This document shows positions 7,946-16,516 of a stretch of 32,000 nucleotides of DNA, piece after piece. The position numbers were made by a program, and so were the translations under genes. The stretch spans positions 1 to 32,000 of the forward strand of contig NC_007490.2 in NCBI RefSeq assembly GCF_000012905.2. The letters run 5' to 3'. Origin of the DNA: Cereibacter sphaeroides 2.4.1 (GTDB lineage: Bacteria; Pseudomonadota; Alphaproteobacteria; Rhodobacterales; Rhodobacteraceae). Every line of letters begins with the position of its first letter. The first letter of the stretch is position 1. Below the pieces are notes generated by a model. It was not told the DNA's origin, did not search any database, and worked only from the letters and a program-made list of their open reading frames with translations.

Positions 7946-8156
7946 GGCGCTCTACATCAAGGATGCCGAAGTGGATGAGCTGGCCTCGAATCTGGCGCGA
8001 TTGACCGGCAAAAGCAAGACTGCCTCCGTGCGCGCAGCGCTAGAGGCCGCCATCGCCACACATCGCAACATGCCATCCCTCGCCGAGCGCGTGCTCGAGC
8101 TCCAGAAGCGCGTGCGAGACAACGGCTTCAAGGACGATCCGAGAGGGCGCTCGTGA
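7944..8156 (+). CDS. vapB: VapB-type antitoxin (Rv0623/PSK-like 'MALxIKD' family)
   Basis: 'MALYIKDAEVDELASNLARLTGKSKTASVRAALEAAI' is typical of this antitoxin family. Its stop overlaps the start of the next gene. Confidence 0.7.
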   Translation: MALYIKDAEVDELASNLARLTGKSKTASVRAALEAAIATHRNMPSLAERVLELQKRVRDNGFKDDPRGRS

Positions 8157-8569
8157 TGTTCATCGCCTCGTCCGCCTTCCTTGCCATTCTCCTCGATCGC
8201 CCGGGCGCGCTCGAGCTGGTGCTCGAGGCAACCGCCGGCCCGCGGAAGCCGATCACGTCACCGCTCGTCCGCTACCGCGTTGTCGTGGACCTCGCGCGAC
8301 GGCGCGCCGGGCACTCGGCACCCTCAGCCGAAGATCTCGAGCTCGCGTCGGCGCGCTTCGATGAGCTGCTCGATCTGCTCGGATGCTCGGAAATCATGGT
8401 CACGCCGAAGATTGCGCGCGGAGCCGTGGCTTTGAACGGGGCGTCCGGCCGAAGGCCGGACGCGGCCGCAGAAGACCTCTTCGAGGAAGCCTGCGCCATG
8501 GCGGCCGGTGCAAGGCTCCTGACAGGCCCGGCCCGGAGGGATCCGCCGCAGGGTCTGGCGGCACGCTGA
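8156..8569 (+). CDS. VapC-like PIN-domain protein with apparently degenerate active site
   Basis: 'MFIASSAFLAILLDRPGA' aligns to the usual 'MIVIDTSALLAILL.EP.A', but Asp is replaced by Ala. The C-terminal 'GDCF...KGDDF' region reads 'EDLF...TGPAR'. A GTG start at 8153 is an alternative. Confidence 0.55.
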   Translation: MFIASSAFLAILLDRPGALELVLEATAGPRKPITSPLVRYRVVVDLARRRAGHSAPSAEDLELASARFDELLDLLGCSEIMVTPKIARGAVALNGASGRRPDAAAEDLFEEACAMAAGARLLTGPARRDPPQGLAAR

Positions 8570-8827
8570 GAAAGAGCTGAAGCCGCCGCAGGCGGCGAAG
8601 CCCTTGAGGCCGGATCCGGGGGCGCTGCCCCCCGCGATGCCGATGGCCGAGCGCAAGCGTCGGCGGGCCGGTATCCCCGCCTTCCTACGCCTGCGGCTCC
8701 GTGCAGGTGGGTGATCCCCCTCCGGCCCGCCGAGCCAGGCATCGCACCCCCCGCGTTCGCCACGCGGCAGACCGGCATGGGCGCGCGTCGCGACCATGCC
8801 GATCAGCCAGAATTGTGGAGAGCCCGC

Positions 8828-9229
8828 ATGACAGACGAACTGCAGAAAAGGTCAGTCGTGGACCGCCTCCGGGCAGTGCGCCACCTCTCGGCCGCCATTG
8901 CGGCCTGTGAGCCGGAGGATGCCGCTGTGCTCATGACGGCCGCGCTGGACGGAATGCTGCAGGGATCGCCCGTGCCCTCCCTGTTCGAGCTGGAGGACCA
9001 GGCACACCTCTGGGCCACCTCGGCATCGCCGGCCGAGCTCGAAGCCTACCTTTCGGCCTGCATCGAGCGCCTGACCATGGCCGCCTCCCATGTCCCTCTG
9101 CGAAAGCGCATGTTCATGCTCCTCTGGCAGTCCTTCACGCCGAAGGACCGAGAAGCCTTCATCACATGCCATAGCGCCGGGGCAGAGGGCGACCGCTCCC
9201 CCCGACCCGCTCGGCGAGCGTCGCCCTGA
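8828..9229 (+). CDS. Hypothetical protein, paralogue of 9162..9515(-)
   Basis: GGAGAG before the ATG at 8828. 'AAIAACEPEDAAVLMTAALDGM...LWATSASPAELEAYLSACIERL' matches 'AAIADCHPSDATTIMTAALEDL...LWAAAASPAEVEAYLTAALDRA' in the partner. Confidence 0.6.
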   Translation: MTDELQKRSVVDRLRAVRHLSAAIAACEPEDAAVLMTAALDGMLQGSPVPSLFELEDQAHLWATSASPAELEAYLSACIERLTMAASHVPLRKRMFMLLWQSFTPKDREAFITCHSAGAEGDRSPRPARRASP

Positions 9230-9515
9230 TCCGGTCACGCGCCGCTCTCGGGAAGGGGCCGCGGAAGGCGCGGTCCAGGGCGGCAGTCAGATAGGCCTCG
9301 ACCTCGGCCGGCGACGCGGCCGCCGCCCATAGCTCCGCGTCCTCCGTCGCATCGAGGAATGCGGGCAGGGGGAAACCTGCAGACAGATCCTCCAGGGCAG
9401 CGGTCATGATCGTGGTGGCGTCGGACGGATGGCAGTCGGCTATGGCCGCGCCAAGCCGCTCCGCTGCGGCGATGCGCTCGACCGTCTCGGCGCTGGGGCA
9501 GGACCGGCCAATCAT
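9162..9515 (-). CDS. Hypothetical protein, paralogue of 8828..9229(+), translationally coupled to the upstream methyltransferase
   Basis: ATGA start/stop overlap with 9512..10957(-), and GGGAG 6 nt upstream. The 3' end overlaps the convergent paralogue by 68 bp. Confidence 0.65.
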   Translation of the reverse strand: MIGRSCPSAETVERIAAAERLGAAIADCHPSDATTIMTAALEDLSAGFPLPAFLDATEDAELWAAAASPAEVEAYLTAALDRAFRGPFPRAARDRIRATLAERVGGSGRPLPRRYGM

Positions 9516-10957
9516 GGCCGGCTCCCTTTGCGCATGGTCAGGACAACCGTGTTGATGTTGACGCCGACCGACCGGAAGCTCTCGGGCGGCAGATCACGGA
9601 AGAGGCGGCTCCAGCGGTCGCGGTGCTCCCGGCGCGCCCAATCGCGAAACCGCTCATGACGCGGGGTCTCGTTCACCTCTGCCGACGCCGGCAGGATGGC
9701 CGCGAGCTGGCCGCCCGGCTTCAGGAAGGCCCATGCCTGCATCACATGGTCCATCCAATGCGTGCCGGCGAAGGGCGGGTTCATCACGACCGCATGGTAA
9801 TCCTCACGCGGCTGCAGCCCGAGGAAATTGGCGCAGCGGACAGTGAGGCCCGGAGCGCAGCGGCCTTCAAGTGCGGCAGCGCGGTCCGGGTGGATCTCCA
9901 CCGCATCGACCAGACAGCCCCGCTCGAGGAGGGGCCAGACAAGCCCGCCGATCCCGGCGGAAGGCTCGAGCACCTTCATCCCCGGCTTGAGGTAGAGATC
10001 GTGGAGGGCATCGGCCGCAACCTCGGCCGGCGTGGGGTAGAAGGCCAGATCCTTTGCCGGCACGGTAGCGCGGTTGCGGAAGATGTCCGGACGCGCATCC
10101 GCCGGCGCGGCATCCGGCAGCGCCTCGCCGTAATATTCCGCGAGCTTGCGGTTGACGGCGGCCACGAGAGTGGCGTCCCTGAACCAGAGGTGTGCGTTCC
10201 CGTTCTTGAAAACCCGAACCTCGAAGAACCTCGTCTGAGTCTGGGACTGCTTGGGCCCCCATCCCGTCCGGTCGGCCTCGATTGCCCGCCGGAGAGCGCC
10301 CGGCGCGGGCTGCAATCCCGCGAGGATCGCGAAGATCCGTTCAAGGTCCATGAGCGTCGCCTCGATGCGACAGCCATAATTCCAATGGCCGGTGTCCGAC
10401 GACATGAGGCGGTCCAGGATCACGCGCGACCCGATCTTGAAGCCGTCATGGCTCTTGAACCGGCGGTCCAGTGCCGAGAAGGACCGGGCGAGGCCGCGCA
10501 GGAAGATGAGCTCGGCATCGCCGCAGAGACGCTGGAAGGTAGCGCCGATGTTTTCGAGGGTGGCCTCGGGCACCTCTTCGCCTGAGAGGGAGCGGTCGAA
10601 GTCGTCACGCTCCTTCTGGTCCATCATGGTGCGAAGCCCAGTTTCTTCCAGAAGCCGCGTCCAGATCCGGGTATCGAGGCTGCGGCGCATGGCGGCAAGG
10701 CTGGCCTCGGCCGAGAAGCGCTCGCCGAAGTAGGCGGCGCAGGCTTGCTCGGAGCGGCCGTATCCATGGCCCCCGTGGGCGACCTGCGCGACCCGTTCGG
10801 CCTCGGCCGCGGCAGCATAGGCGGCGGTCAACTGCTCACCTACGCCCTCGAAGGCTTTGAGCGCCGCGGCGCGCGCGTCGGCGATGCGCTCGATGAAGTT
10901 CATGGACACGAGGGAGCCGGAGGCTGCGGAGGCCCCGATCTTTTCAAAAACTGACAT
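9512..10957 (-). CDS. Orphan N6-adenine-type (NPPF) SAM-dependent DNA methyltransferase fused to a ~290-aa N-terminal domain of unknown function
   Basis: Motif I is 'VLEPSAGIGGL' and motif IV is 'VVMNPPFAG', preceded by 'FYPTPAEVA'. No adjacent restriction gene. The N-terminal domain may be DUF4942-like, but this is unverified. ATG at 10957 is preferred over GTG at 10969. Confidence 0.8.
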   Translation of the reverse strand: MSVFEKIGASAASGSLVSMNFIERIADARAAALKAFEGVGEQLTAAYAAAAEAERVAQVAHGGHGYGRSEQACAAYFGERFSAEASLAAMRRSLDTRIWTRLLEETGLRTMMDQKERDDFDRSLSGEEVPEATLENIGATFQRLCGDAELIFLRGLARSFSALDRRFKSHDGFKIGSRVILDRLMSSDTGHWNYGCRIEATLMDLERIFAILAGLQPAPGALRRAIEADRTGWGPKQSQTQTRFFEVRVFKNGNAHLWFRDATLVAAVNRKLAEYYGEALPDAAPADARPDIFRNRATVPAKDLAFYPTPAEVAADALHDLYLKPGMKVLEPSAGIGGLVWPLLERGCLVDAVEIHPDRAAALEGRCAPGLTVRCANFLGLQPREDYHAVVMNPPFAGTHWMDHVMQAWAFLKPGGQLAAILPASAEVNETPRHERFRDWARREHRDRWSRLFRDLPPESFRSVGVNINTVVLTMRKGSRP

Positions 10958-11007
10958 GGGAAATCTCACAGGGAGGGGGGACCGGCCCGCAGGCCGATCC
11001 GCTCGCC

Positions 11008-11403
11008 TCAGTATTCGGACGGAAGCAGCACAGTCAGGAGCCGCCGCGTCTTGGTGACGTCGGCCGCATCATCCGTGGCGAAGGCATAGGCGGGATCGTA
11101 GAGGTCGATTTTCCAGTAGAGCTTCACCTTCTCGCCGCCATAGATCACGAAAAAGGCGCCGAAATCGTGCTGGCCGGAGGGATCATTAGCCTCCGTGAAG
11201 TCGGCGAAGCTCTGGATGGCCACCATGATCTGCACAAGCACGTCGTAACCGAGCGCCACCACGCCGGGCGTCAACACGATACGGCCGGGCACGGTAAAAT
11301 CGGCGCCCCAAGTCGCGCGAAAGCGATCATTCTGCGCGGCGATCAGCGCGGGCAATGCGGTATCTCCTTCGGCCGCTTCCGGATTTTCCATCAAGTCGCA
11401 CAT
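11008..11403 (-). CDS. DUF3768-like protein (plasmid establishment-region family)
   Basis: AGGAGA before the ATG at 11403 (MCDLMENPE...). 'FTVPGRIVLTPGV', 'YWKIDLYDPAY' and the C-terminal 'TRRLLTVLLPSEY' match my memory of DUF3768. Confidence 0.65.
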   Translation of the reverse strand: MCDLMENPEAAEGDTALPALIAAQNDRFRATWGADFTVPGRIVLTPGVVALGYDVLVQIMVAIQSFADFTEANDPSGQHDFGAFFVIYGGEKVKLYWKIDLYDPAYAFATDDAADVTKTRRLLTVLLPSEY

Positions 11404-11410
11404 GCCATTG

Positions 11411-11936
11411 TCTCCTTCGGTGCGCAACGGTGGGGTCTGTGCCCTCATCCGCCAGTGGGGCGCGGCCTCTCCGATCTGACCTCCGGAAAGCACCGCGTGC
11501 TTTCCGGAGGACAGAGCGGGGAGGGCGAAGCCCTGCCTGCGGCCACGGGGCCGGATGAGACAGGGGCCGGTGACGGGGAAAATTGGGGGGCACCCGCGCG
11601 GGCTCGCCCGCGTGGGGGGAGCCGATTTTCTCCGGCGCCGGTGACGCGCCCCAGGCGCGGCATCACAACCCCTGTTCAGCCGGAACCGGGGATGTCAGGC
11701 GGATCCAGCACCTGCAAAAAGTGTCGCGCCGCCCGCGCGGCGCGTCCTTGCCAACTCGATCCGCGCTTTCGCGGATCTCCATCGACCTCACCGCATCGAG
11801 GAGAGCTGCAACCCGATCGGCAAGGCCCGCCCTCTCAGCTCGCCCGCGCGAGGATCGTCACCCGAATGGGCGGAGACAGGGCGTCCTATCGGACCATGCA
11901 CGGCTGCGACATGACCGGCTCGGAGAGACGGGCAGG
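11411..11936. repeat. Copy B of the ~520-bp hairpin-rich direct repeat
   Basis: See copy A. It contains a perfect 14-bp hairpin CCTCCGGAAAGCAC cgc GTGCTTTCCGGAGG at 11481-11511, GATCCGCG cttt CGCGGATC, CGCGCCGC ccgc GCGGCGCG, and others. Confidence 0.9.
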
Positions 11937-12386
11937 AGCGACACGCACCTCTACGAGTTCCGCGCAAGAGGCGTCGGCTGGGGCGTCGCCGATCCCGAGG
12001 GCTTCCACGACGGCTCGCTCCCGGCCAGCAAGACCAGCCTGCTCGATGTCATAGAAGACACCGGAACGAAGACGATCCATTACATCTACGACTTCGGCGA
12101 CAACTGGCATCATGTGATCAGGGTTGAGAAAATCGACGACGCTCTCCCCGGGGCCGATTATCCACGCCTTGTGCGTGCCATCGGCGCCTGTCCTCCCAAG
12201 GATGTGGGACGTACCCACGGCTATGCCGAGTTCCTCGAGGCTCACGCCGAGACGATGAATCTCCATGGCGGCAAGTTCGAGCCGGACGACCCAGGCATCG
12301 GCCGCATCATCGACAGCTTCCAGCGCCCGGCAAAGAAATGGGCGCCGAGGCCCCGGAAGCCCAAAACCACCAGCAGGCGGCTTTGA
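11800..12386 (+). pseudogene. pRiA4b ORF-3-like (PRiA4_ORF3 family) gene with a decayed or frameshifted 5' part
   Basis: The C-terminal 150 aa are clear: 'HLYEF...GWG', 'IHYIYDFGDNWHHVIRVEKI', 'CPPKDVGRTHGYAEFLE'. The expected N-terminal 'PPIWRR...LH...GW' is only recoverable across two frames (SPEW|RRQGV), implying an extra g in 'tgggcgg' near 11867. Confidence 0.55.
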
Positions 12387-12428
12387 GCTACCGCCCGGCC
12401 CGCGGCCTTTGCCGGATGCTCACACCGG

Positions 12429-12829
12429 ATGCGGGCCGAACAGGGAACAATGTCGAAGCACAACCGTGTCGCCAAGGCGATCAGCTACATGTTCAAGAAG
12501 GACCGATGGAATACCTTCACGCTCTTCCTCGAGGATGAGCGCATCTGCCTGACAAACAATGCTGCTGAGCGCGCACTGCGCGGTATCGCCTTGGGACGGA
12601 AAGCCTGGCTCTTCGCCGGATCCGAGCGCGGTGGCGACCGCGTTGCCTTCATGAATTCCCTGATCGCCACCGCCAAGATAAACGACATAGAGCCGCAAGC
12701 CTGGCTCGCCGACGTCCTCGCAAGACTGCCAAAGACAACTGCCTCACGGGTGCCGGACCTTCTGCCGTGAACTTCCAGCCAACAAAGTGCCAGCTCGCAG
12801 CGTGACCAAGGCCTACGCCGGATGCTTAC
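12429..12829 (+). mobile_element. IS66-family fragment: C-terminal ~105 aa of TnpC plus terminal inverted repeat
   Basis: 'ICLTNNAAERALRGIALGRKAWLFAGSERGG...IEPQAWLADVL' is the TnpC C-terminus. The IS66-type end 'gccggatgcttac' finishes at 12829. Confidence 0.75.
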
Positions 12830-12852
12830 GTCAGGTGAGAACATCCATCGCA

Positions 12853-13503
12853 TCAGTTCAATACGGGATACGCCGCGAACACCAGATCGTAAGCGACCAA
12901 TCCCGCCAACCAGATAAGGACGACACCGAACAAGACGTTGATCTTGGCTTTGGCCAAGTTGCTCCCCCGCACGATCATGGGCGACGAAAACACAAGCGCA
13001 GTTACCCCATGGAGCACCAGCCCCAAGGCACCGCACAGCACGACGACGAACACCTTGAACGCTACAGACGAATCCGCCGGCACGAAGGCGCTAAGGATTG
13101 AGCCGAAGAAGAACGCCGCATTCGGGTTGGTCATGCTGACCAGAAATCCAGTAAGGAAGGACGCCCCCGACGGCGACGGCGGACGCCACTGAAGGTCGGC
13201 GGCGCTGGCATCCCTAAAAGCGCTGCGCAGCAGCTTAATCCCCAGCCAACTTAGGTAAGCAACCCCGACTAGCTTCAGTGCGGTCACCAGAGACGGAGCG
13301 TGCCGGAACAGTACCGCCACCCCAAGCATCGCCAGACTCGCCCACAGTAACGATGCGCCGGCGAGGCCGGCCGCCACCGCAAACCCGTGAACGCGACCAT
13401 GTTGAACCGACGTGCTGATGACCAACACCATGTTCGGCCCCGGTGAGAGCCACGCGAGAAAATTAATCACTACGATAGACGTGATCGCGAGCGTCGTGTC
13501 CAT
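12853..13503 (-). CDS. LysE/RhtB-family amino-acid (or small-metabolite) exporter
   Basis: 'FLAWLSPGPNMVLVIS' is the family N-terminal motif. About six hydrophobic helices over 216 aa. Confidence 0.8.
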   Translation of the reverse strand: MDTTLAITSIVVINFLAWLSPGPNMVLVISTSVQHGRVHGFAVAAGLAGASLLWASLAMLGVAVLFRHAPSLVTALKLVGVAYLSWLGIKLLRSAFRDASAADLQWRPPSPSGASFLTGFLVSMTNPNAAFFFGSILSAFVPADSSVAFKVFVVVLCGALGLVLHGVTALVFSSPMIVRGSNLAKAKINVLFGVVLIWLAGLVAYDLVFAAYPVLN

Positions 13504-13509
13504 GACCTG

Positions 13510-14601
13510 TCAGTCCGTTCTCAGATGCCAGATGATCCGGCGGCAATGCGGGTCCGCCGTCGCGAGCCGCTCCTGGCCACCCCCCGGCCAGAGACGCAGT
13601 GCCAGATGAGGCTCGGCATTCCGATCCAGCTCGAATGAGAGCCAAGCGACCGGGCTCTGAGAAGTTGCGTGCGCGCCGATGGTTTCCATATGCTCCGCTA
13701 TGGCTACCTGGCTGTCCGACGGCAGGTAGCTGAACATCAGGGAATGAAACAGCACTCGCGCGACACCTGGAATGCCCGGCAGGCGAAGACGGTTTAGAAC
13801 CCAATCAGATGCGTTACCCTGCTCTATCGGCACAGGATCGTCCAGAAACAGAGAGATCGCCTGGGCAATCCTGCGGTGGCGCTGTTCCTGATCCGGCCAG
13901 ATGTAAGCGTGCGCCCTCTCCCGGCCGACCGCGTTGGTCACATCGATGGGCGCCAAGTCACAGCCGCACCGCGATACGATCCGAGGCTCCGGCTCGCGCG
14001 GCGATGGCCCGATCCAATCGGGATGCAGAACTAGTGGCGAGCCCGGATTGCCAGCTTTGCGGCCGCTCAATACGTAGGCATAGCGATCAAGGATCAGGTT
14101 CAGGCCAGCGCTCGTCCCAATTTCGAACACCGACAATGGGCACCCGGTTCGCCCGGCGACCTCCATCATGCCTGCGTAAAGCAGAGCCGCGCGCCCGACC
14201 TCGTTGGTCTGCGGCGCATGTTCCAGCCAAGACGAAAGAAACTCATCGTTTTCGGCGATCGCTTCCGCCAAGAGCCGCTCGAATGCAACAGGCCCAACGC
14301 TCGAATTAGGAGGGTAAGCCTTGGCGAGATCGCATGAAGGTCTCCGGCGGACAAGCGCATGCAGGGCGCCTGCCACCCGCAGTGCCAGCGCATCGGCCGT
14401 CGCGCATGGATTGCCGTCCCATGTCAAGATGCGTGTGCCGAACCGCGTGTGCCCGTTAAGAACCCGAAGCACACTTCGTAGCAGAGCCGCCGTGAATGTT
14501 GAGCCGAACCTCTCGCAGAGCTCCGCCTGATCCGCAAACGACGCGCGCACCATCTGTGATCTCACGTCTACCTCACCCAATCTCAGCGTCTCGTCAATCA
14601 T
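13510..14601 (-). CDS. DUF2332-like protein (methyltransferase-like fold, function unknown)
   Basis: 'SVFEIGTSAGLNLILDRYAY', 'WIGPSP' and 'RCGCDLAPID' match my recollection of DUF2332. GGTGGAG Shine-Dalgarno. Ends 6 bp upstream of the LysE gene. Confidence 0.6.
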   Translation of the reverse strand: MIDETLRLGEVDVRSQMVRASFADQAELCERFGSTFTAALLRSVLRVLNGHTRFGTRILTWDGNPCATADALALRVAGALHALVRRRPSCDLAKAYPPNSSVGPVAFERLLAEAIAENDEFLSSWLEHAPQTNEVGRAALLYAGMMEVAGRTGCPLSVFEIGTSAGLNLILDRYAYVLSGRKAGNPGSPLVLHPDWIGPSPREPEPRIVSRCGCDLAPIDVTNAVGRERAHAYIWPDQEQRHRRIAQAISLFLDDPVPIEQGNASDWVLNRLRLPGIPGVARVLFHSLMFSYLPSDSQVAIAEHMETIGAHATSQSPVAWLSFELDRNAEPHLALRLWPGGGQERLATADPHCRRIIWHLRTD

Positions 14602-14819
14602 CGCTCCACCTTTGCCCCAGAGAGATAACGCAATCTTGTCTTAATTGTTAACTCTGATACTCACCTTCTTTCTTCGATAAGAATTTGACCAGCGGTCCCT
14701 GTTTTCGCGGCAGACTTTGAGAAGCCGCGTCTATTCTGGCCGCAATTTTTGTAACGGATCACACATTCCTGCAAGTGAAGGGTAAGCCTACCCATTATAG
14801 CGGGGCGCGACCAAAGCAC

Positions 14820-14987
14820 TCACGCAGCCATTTTCAGCTTCATGGTGGGTGTGACCCCGCCGATGCCCATGTTGGTGAGTCTGTTGTTGTAGGTCCAGAG
14901 CCGTGGGGTGGCGATCTGCTGCACTTCTTCGTTGGTTTCAAAGATGTAGAGGCTTGCCGCACGACTAGCAGGCTGCTGAATTTGTCG
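14820..14987 (-). pseudogene. C-terminal fragment of an rve-type (IS3-family-like) transposase, cut by the IS66 end at 14988
   Basis: 'LWTYNNRLTNMGIGGVTPTMKLKMAA*' is a typical integrase-core C-terminus. Confidence 0.5.
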
Positions 14988-16193
14988 GTAAGCGCCTCGC
15001 CGATCCCCTAAGCGGCTCGGCTTGACGTCTTCCGGAAGTGCCACGGCATCAGGTCTTCGATCCGGCTTGCCGGGTGACCATTGAGGATCGCGCGTAGGGT
15101 TTCGGCGATATAGCTCACCGGGTTCACGTCGCTCATCTTGCAGGTGGCCACGAGCGAGGCGAGCATTGCCCAATTCTCGGCGCCGACCTCGTGACCGGCG
15201 AACAACGCATTTTTGCGTGTGAGGGCCACCCTGCGGATCTGGTTCTCGACCGGGTTGGTGTCCATCTCCAGCCGTCCGTCCTCGAGGAACCGGACCAGGC
15301 CCGGCCAGAGGCCGAGGGTGTAGCGGATGTCCTCTGCCAGCTTTGATGACCGTGGGATGCGGGAGAGCTGCACCTCGAGCCAGGGACGGAACGCACTCGC
15401 CGACAAGGCGCAGGGTGCCACCGTAATCCGGGCAGGTCTCGCCGGGATCGAACTCGCGGCGCTCGCGCGGCGTGTCGGGCGGCACCCGCGGACGGCGGCG
15501 CGGCGCCTTCTCCGGGGCTTCGTTGTCGCTTGGTTCATCTGACGTCCCGCAGACCGGCGCGGTCTCGACGCTTTCCGGCTCGGGTGGCGGGGCGACCTCG
15601 GCCTGAGCCACCTGCAGACTCTCGAGTGCGAACTCCAGCTGCTCGATCTCGCGGGCGATCTTCTCCGAGCCCTTGCCGAAGGCCTGCCGCTTCAGCCGCG
15701 CGATCCGCAGCCGGAGCGACTGCACCAGCAGGTCGTGCGCGCGCAGCGTGGCCTGCAGCTGAAGGATCATCGCCTTCAGCGCAGCAGGGTCGTCTGGCAG
15801 GGAAGAGGCGGTGAGCGACATGGCCATAGCTACCATGCCGATGCCAGAATGCCCAACAAAACAAGGGGAAAGCGGCGCTTTGACTCACATCCGCGTCGGC
15901 GCGCTCGTCCAGCGCGGCTGGCGCCAATCGATCCCTTCCCAGAGCATCGCCATTTGCGCCGGTGTCAGCGCAACCTTGCCCTCGGTGGCCTTCGGCCAAG
16001 GGAAGTGCCCGCGCTCGAGCACCTTGTAATAGAGGCAGAAGTCCTGCCCATCCCAGTGCAGGATCTTCAGCCGGTCGCCCATGCGCCCCCGAAACACCAG
16101 GAGCGTGCCGCCCGCCGGATCCTCGCCCAATACCTTCTTCGCCCGCGCGCAGAGCCCGGCAATCCCGCAGCGCATGACGCAGAACACCCACAA
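14988..16193 (-). mobile_element. Internally deleted IS66-family copy: IR, TnpC lacking its catalytic core, and TnpB truncated at its N-terminus
   Basis: The IR 'gtaagcgcctcgccgatcccc' starts at 14988. The TnpC N-terminus (MSLTASSLPDDPAALKAMILQLQ...CPDYGGTLRLVGE) and C-terminus (LEMDTNPVENQIRRVALTRKNALFAG...) lie in different frames and join near 15400. 14988-15300 is near-identical to 26971-27300. Confidence 0.8.
15885..16193 (-). pseudogene. tnpB: IS66 TnpB (orf2), N-terminally truncated
   Basis: 'LLVFRGRMGDRLKILHWDGQDFCLYYKVLERGHFPWP...LTPAQMAMLWEGIDWR'. Confidence 0.75.
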
Positions 16194-16279
16194 TCTGTGC
16201 CTTGGCGAAACGGCTATTCTTCATCCAAATCTCCTCGTCGATCTTGCCGAGAAAATCTGCTTCCGCATCTCTTTCTACA
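16183..16279 (-). mobile_element. Stub of an IS3-family (IS407-group-like) element: putative left IR plus the first 14 codons of orfA
   Basis: The minus strand reads 'TGTAGAAAG...cgacgaggagatttggATGaagaatagccgtttc' (MKNSRFAKAQIVGV). This is about 70% like the 24085-24180 end by eye. The exact IR tip is uncertain. Confidence 0.45.
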
Positions 16280-16431
16280 TGCTGCGGAATAGCCCGCAGC
16301 CATTACGCTGAATCAAAGCATGAATCCCATCTGGTGAGATGCGCAGCGGCTCCACTTCACACCATCCGCCAAATCTTAAGAAATTCCCAATTGAAGAATG
16401 AAATTTTCTTGCAGGTCGCTGGAATCAATTC

Positions 16432-16460
16432 TTGACAACCATAACGGGTATTTTTCAAAT
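16432..16460 (+). promoter_or_regulatory. Sigma70-like promoter candidate for the seven-gene operon
   Basis: TTGACA (16432-16437), 17-nt spacer, then TCAAAT (16455-16460), in an AT-rich stretch. AAGGAGG lies 6 nt before the ATG at 16517. Confidence 0.35.
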
Positions 16461-16516
16461 TTATCCTACCGCGGCGATTCTCGTTATCCGACAAGGTCGA
16501 CGCAAAGGAGGAAGCA

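Noticed and set aside
9623-10585. 320-aa plus-strand ORF antisense to the methyltransferase gene (and smaller ORFs at 9867-10818)
   Set aside because: The minus-strand frame carries clear methyltransferase motifs (VLEPSAGIGG, NPPF). The antisense ORF has an artefactual Arg/Glu/Pro-rich composition typical of shadow ORFs in high-G+C genes.
12408-12420. 'gccggatgctcac' resembling the IS66 end 'gccggatgcttac' at 12817-12829, but in direct rather than inverted orientation
   Set aside because: It is a single 13-mer with one mismatch in the wrong orientation for an IR pair. It may be a remnant of another IS66 end or chance, so it is not enough to define an element.
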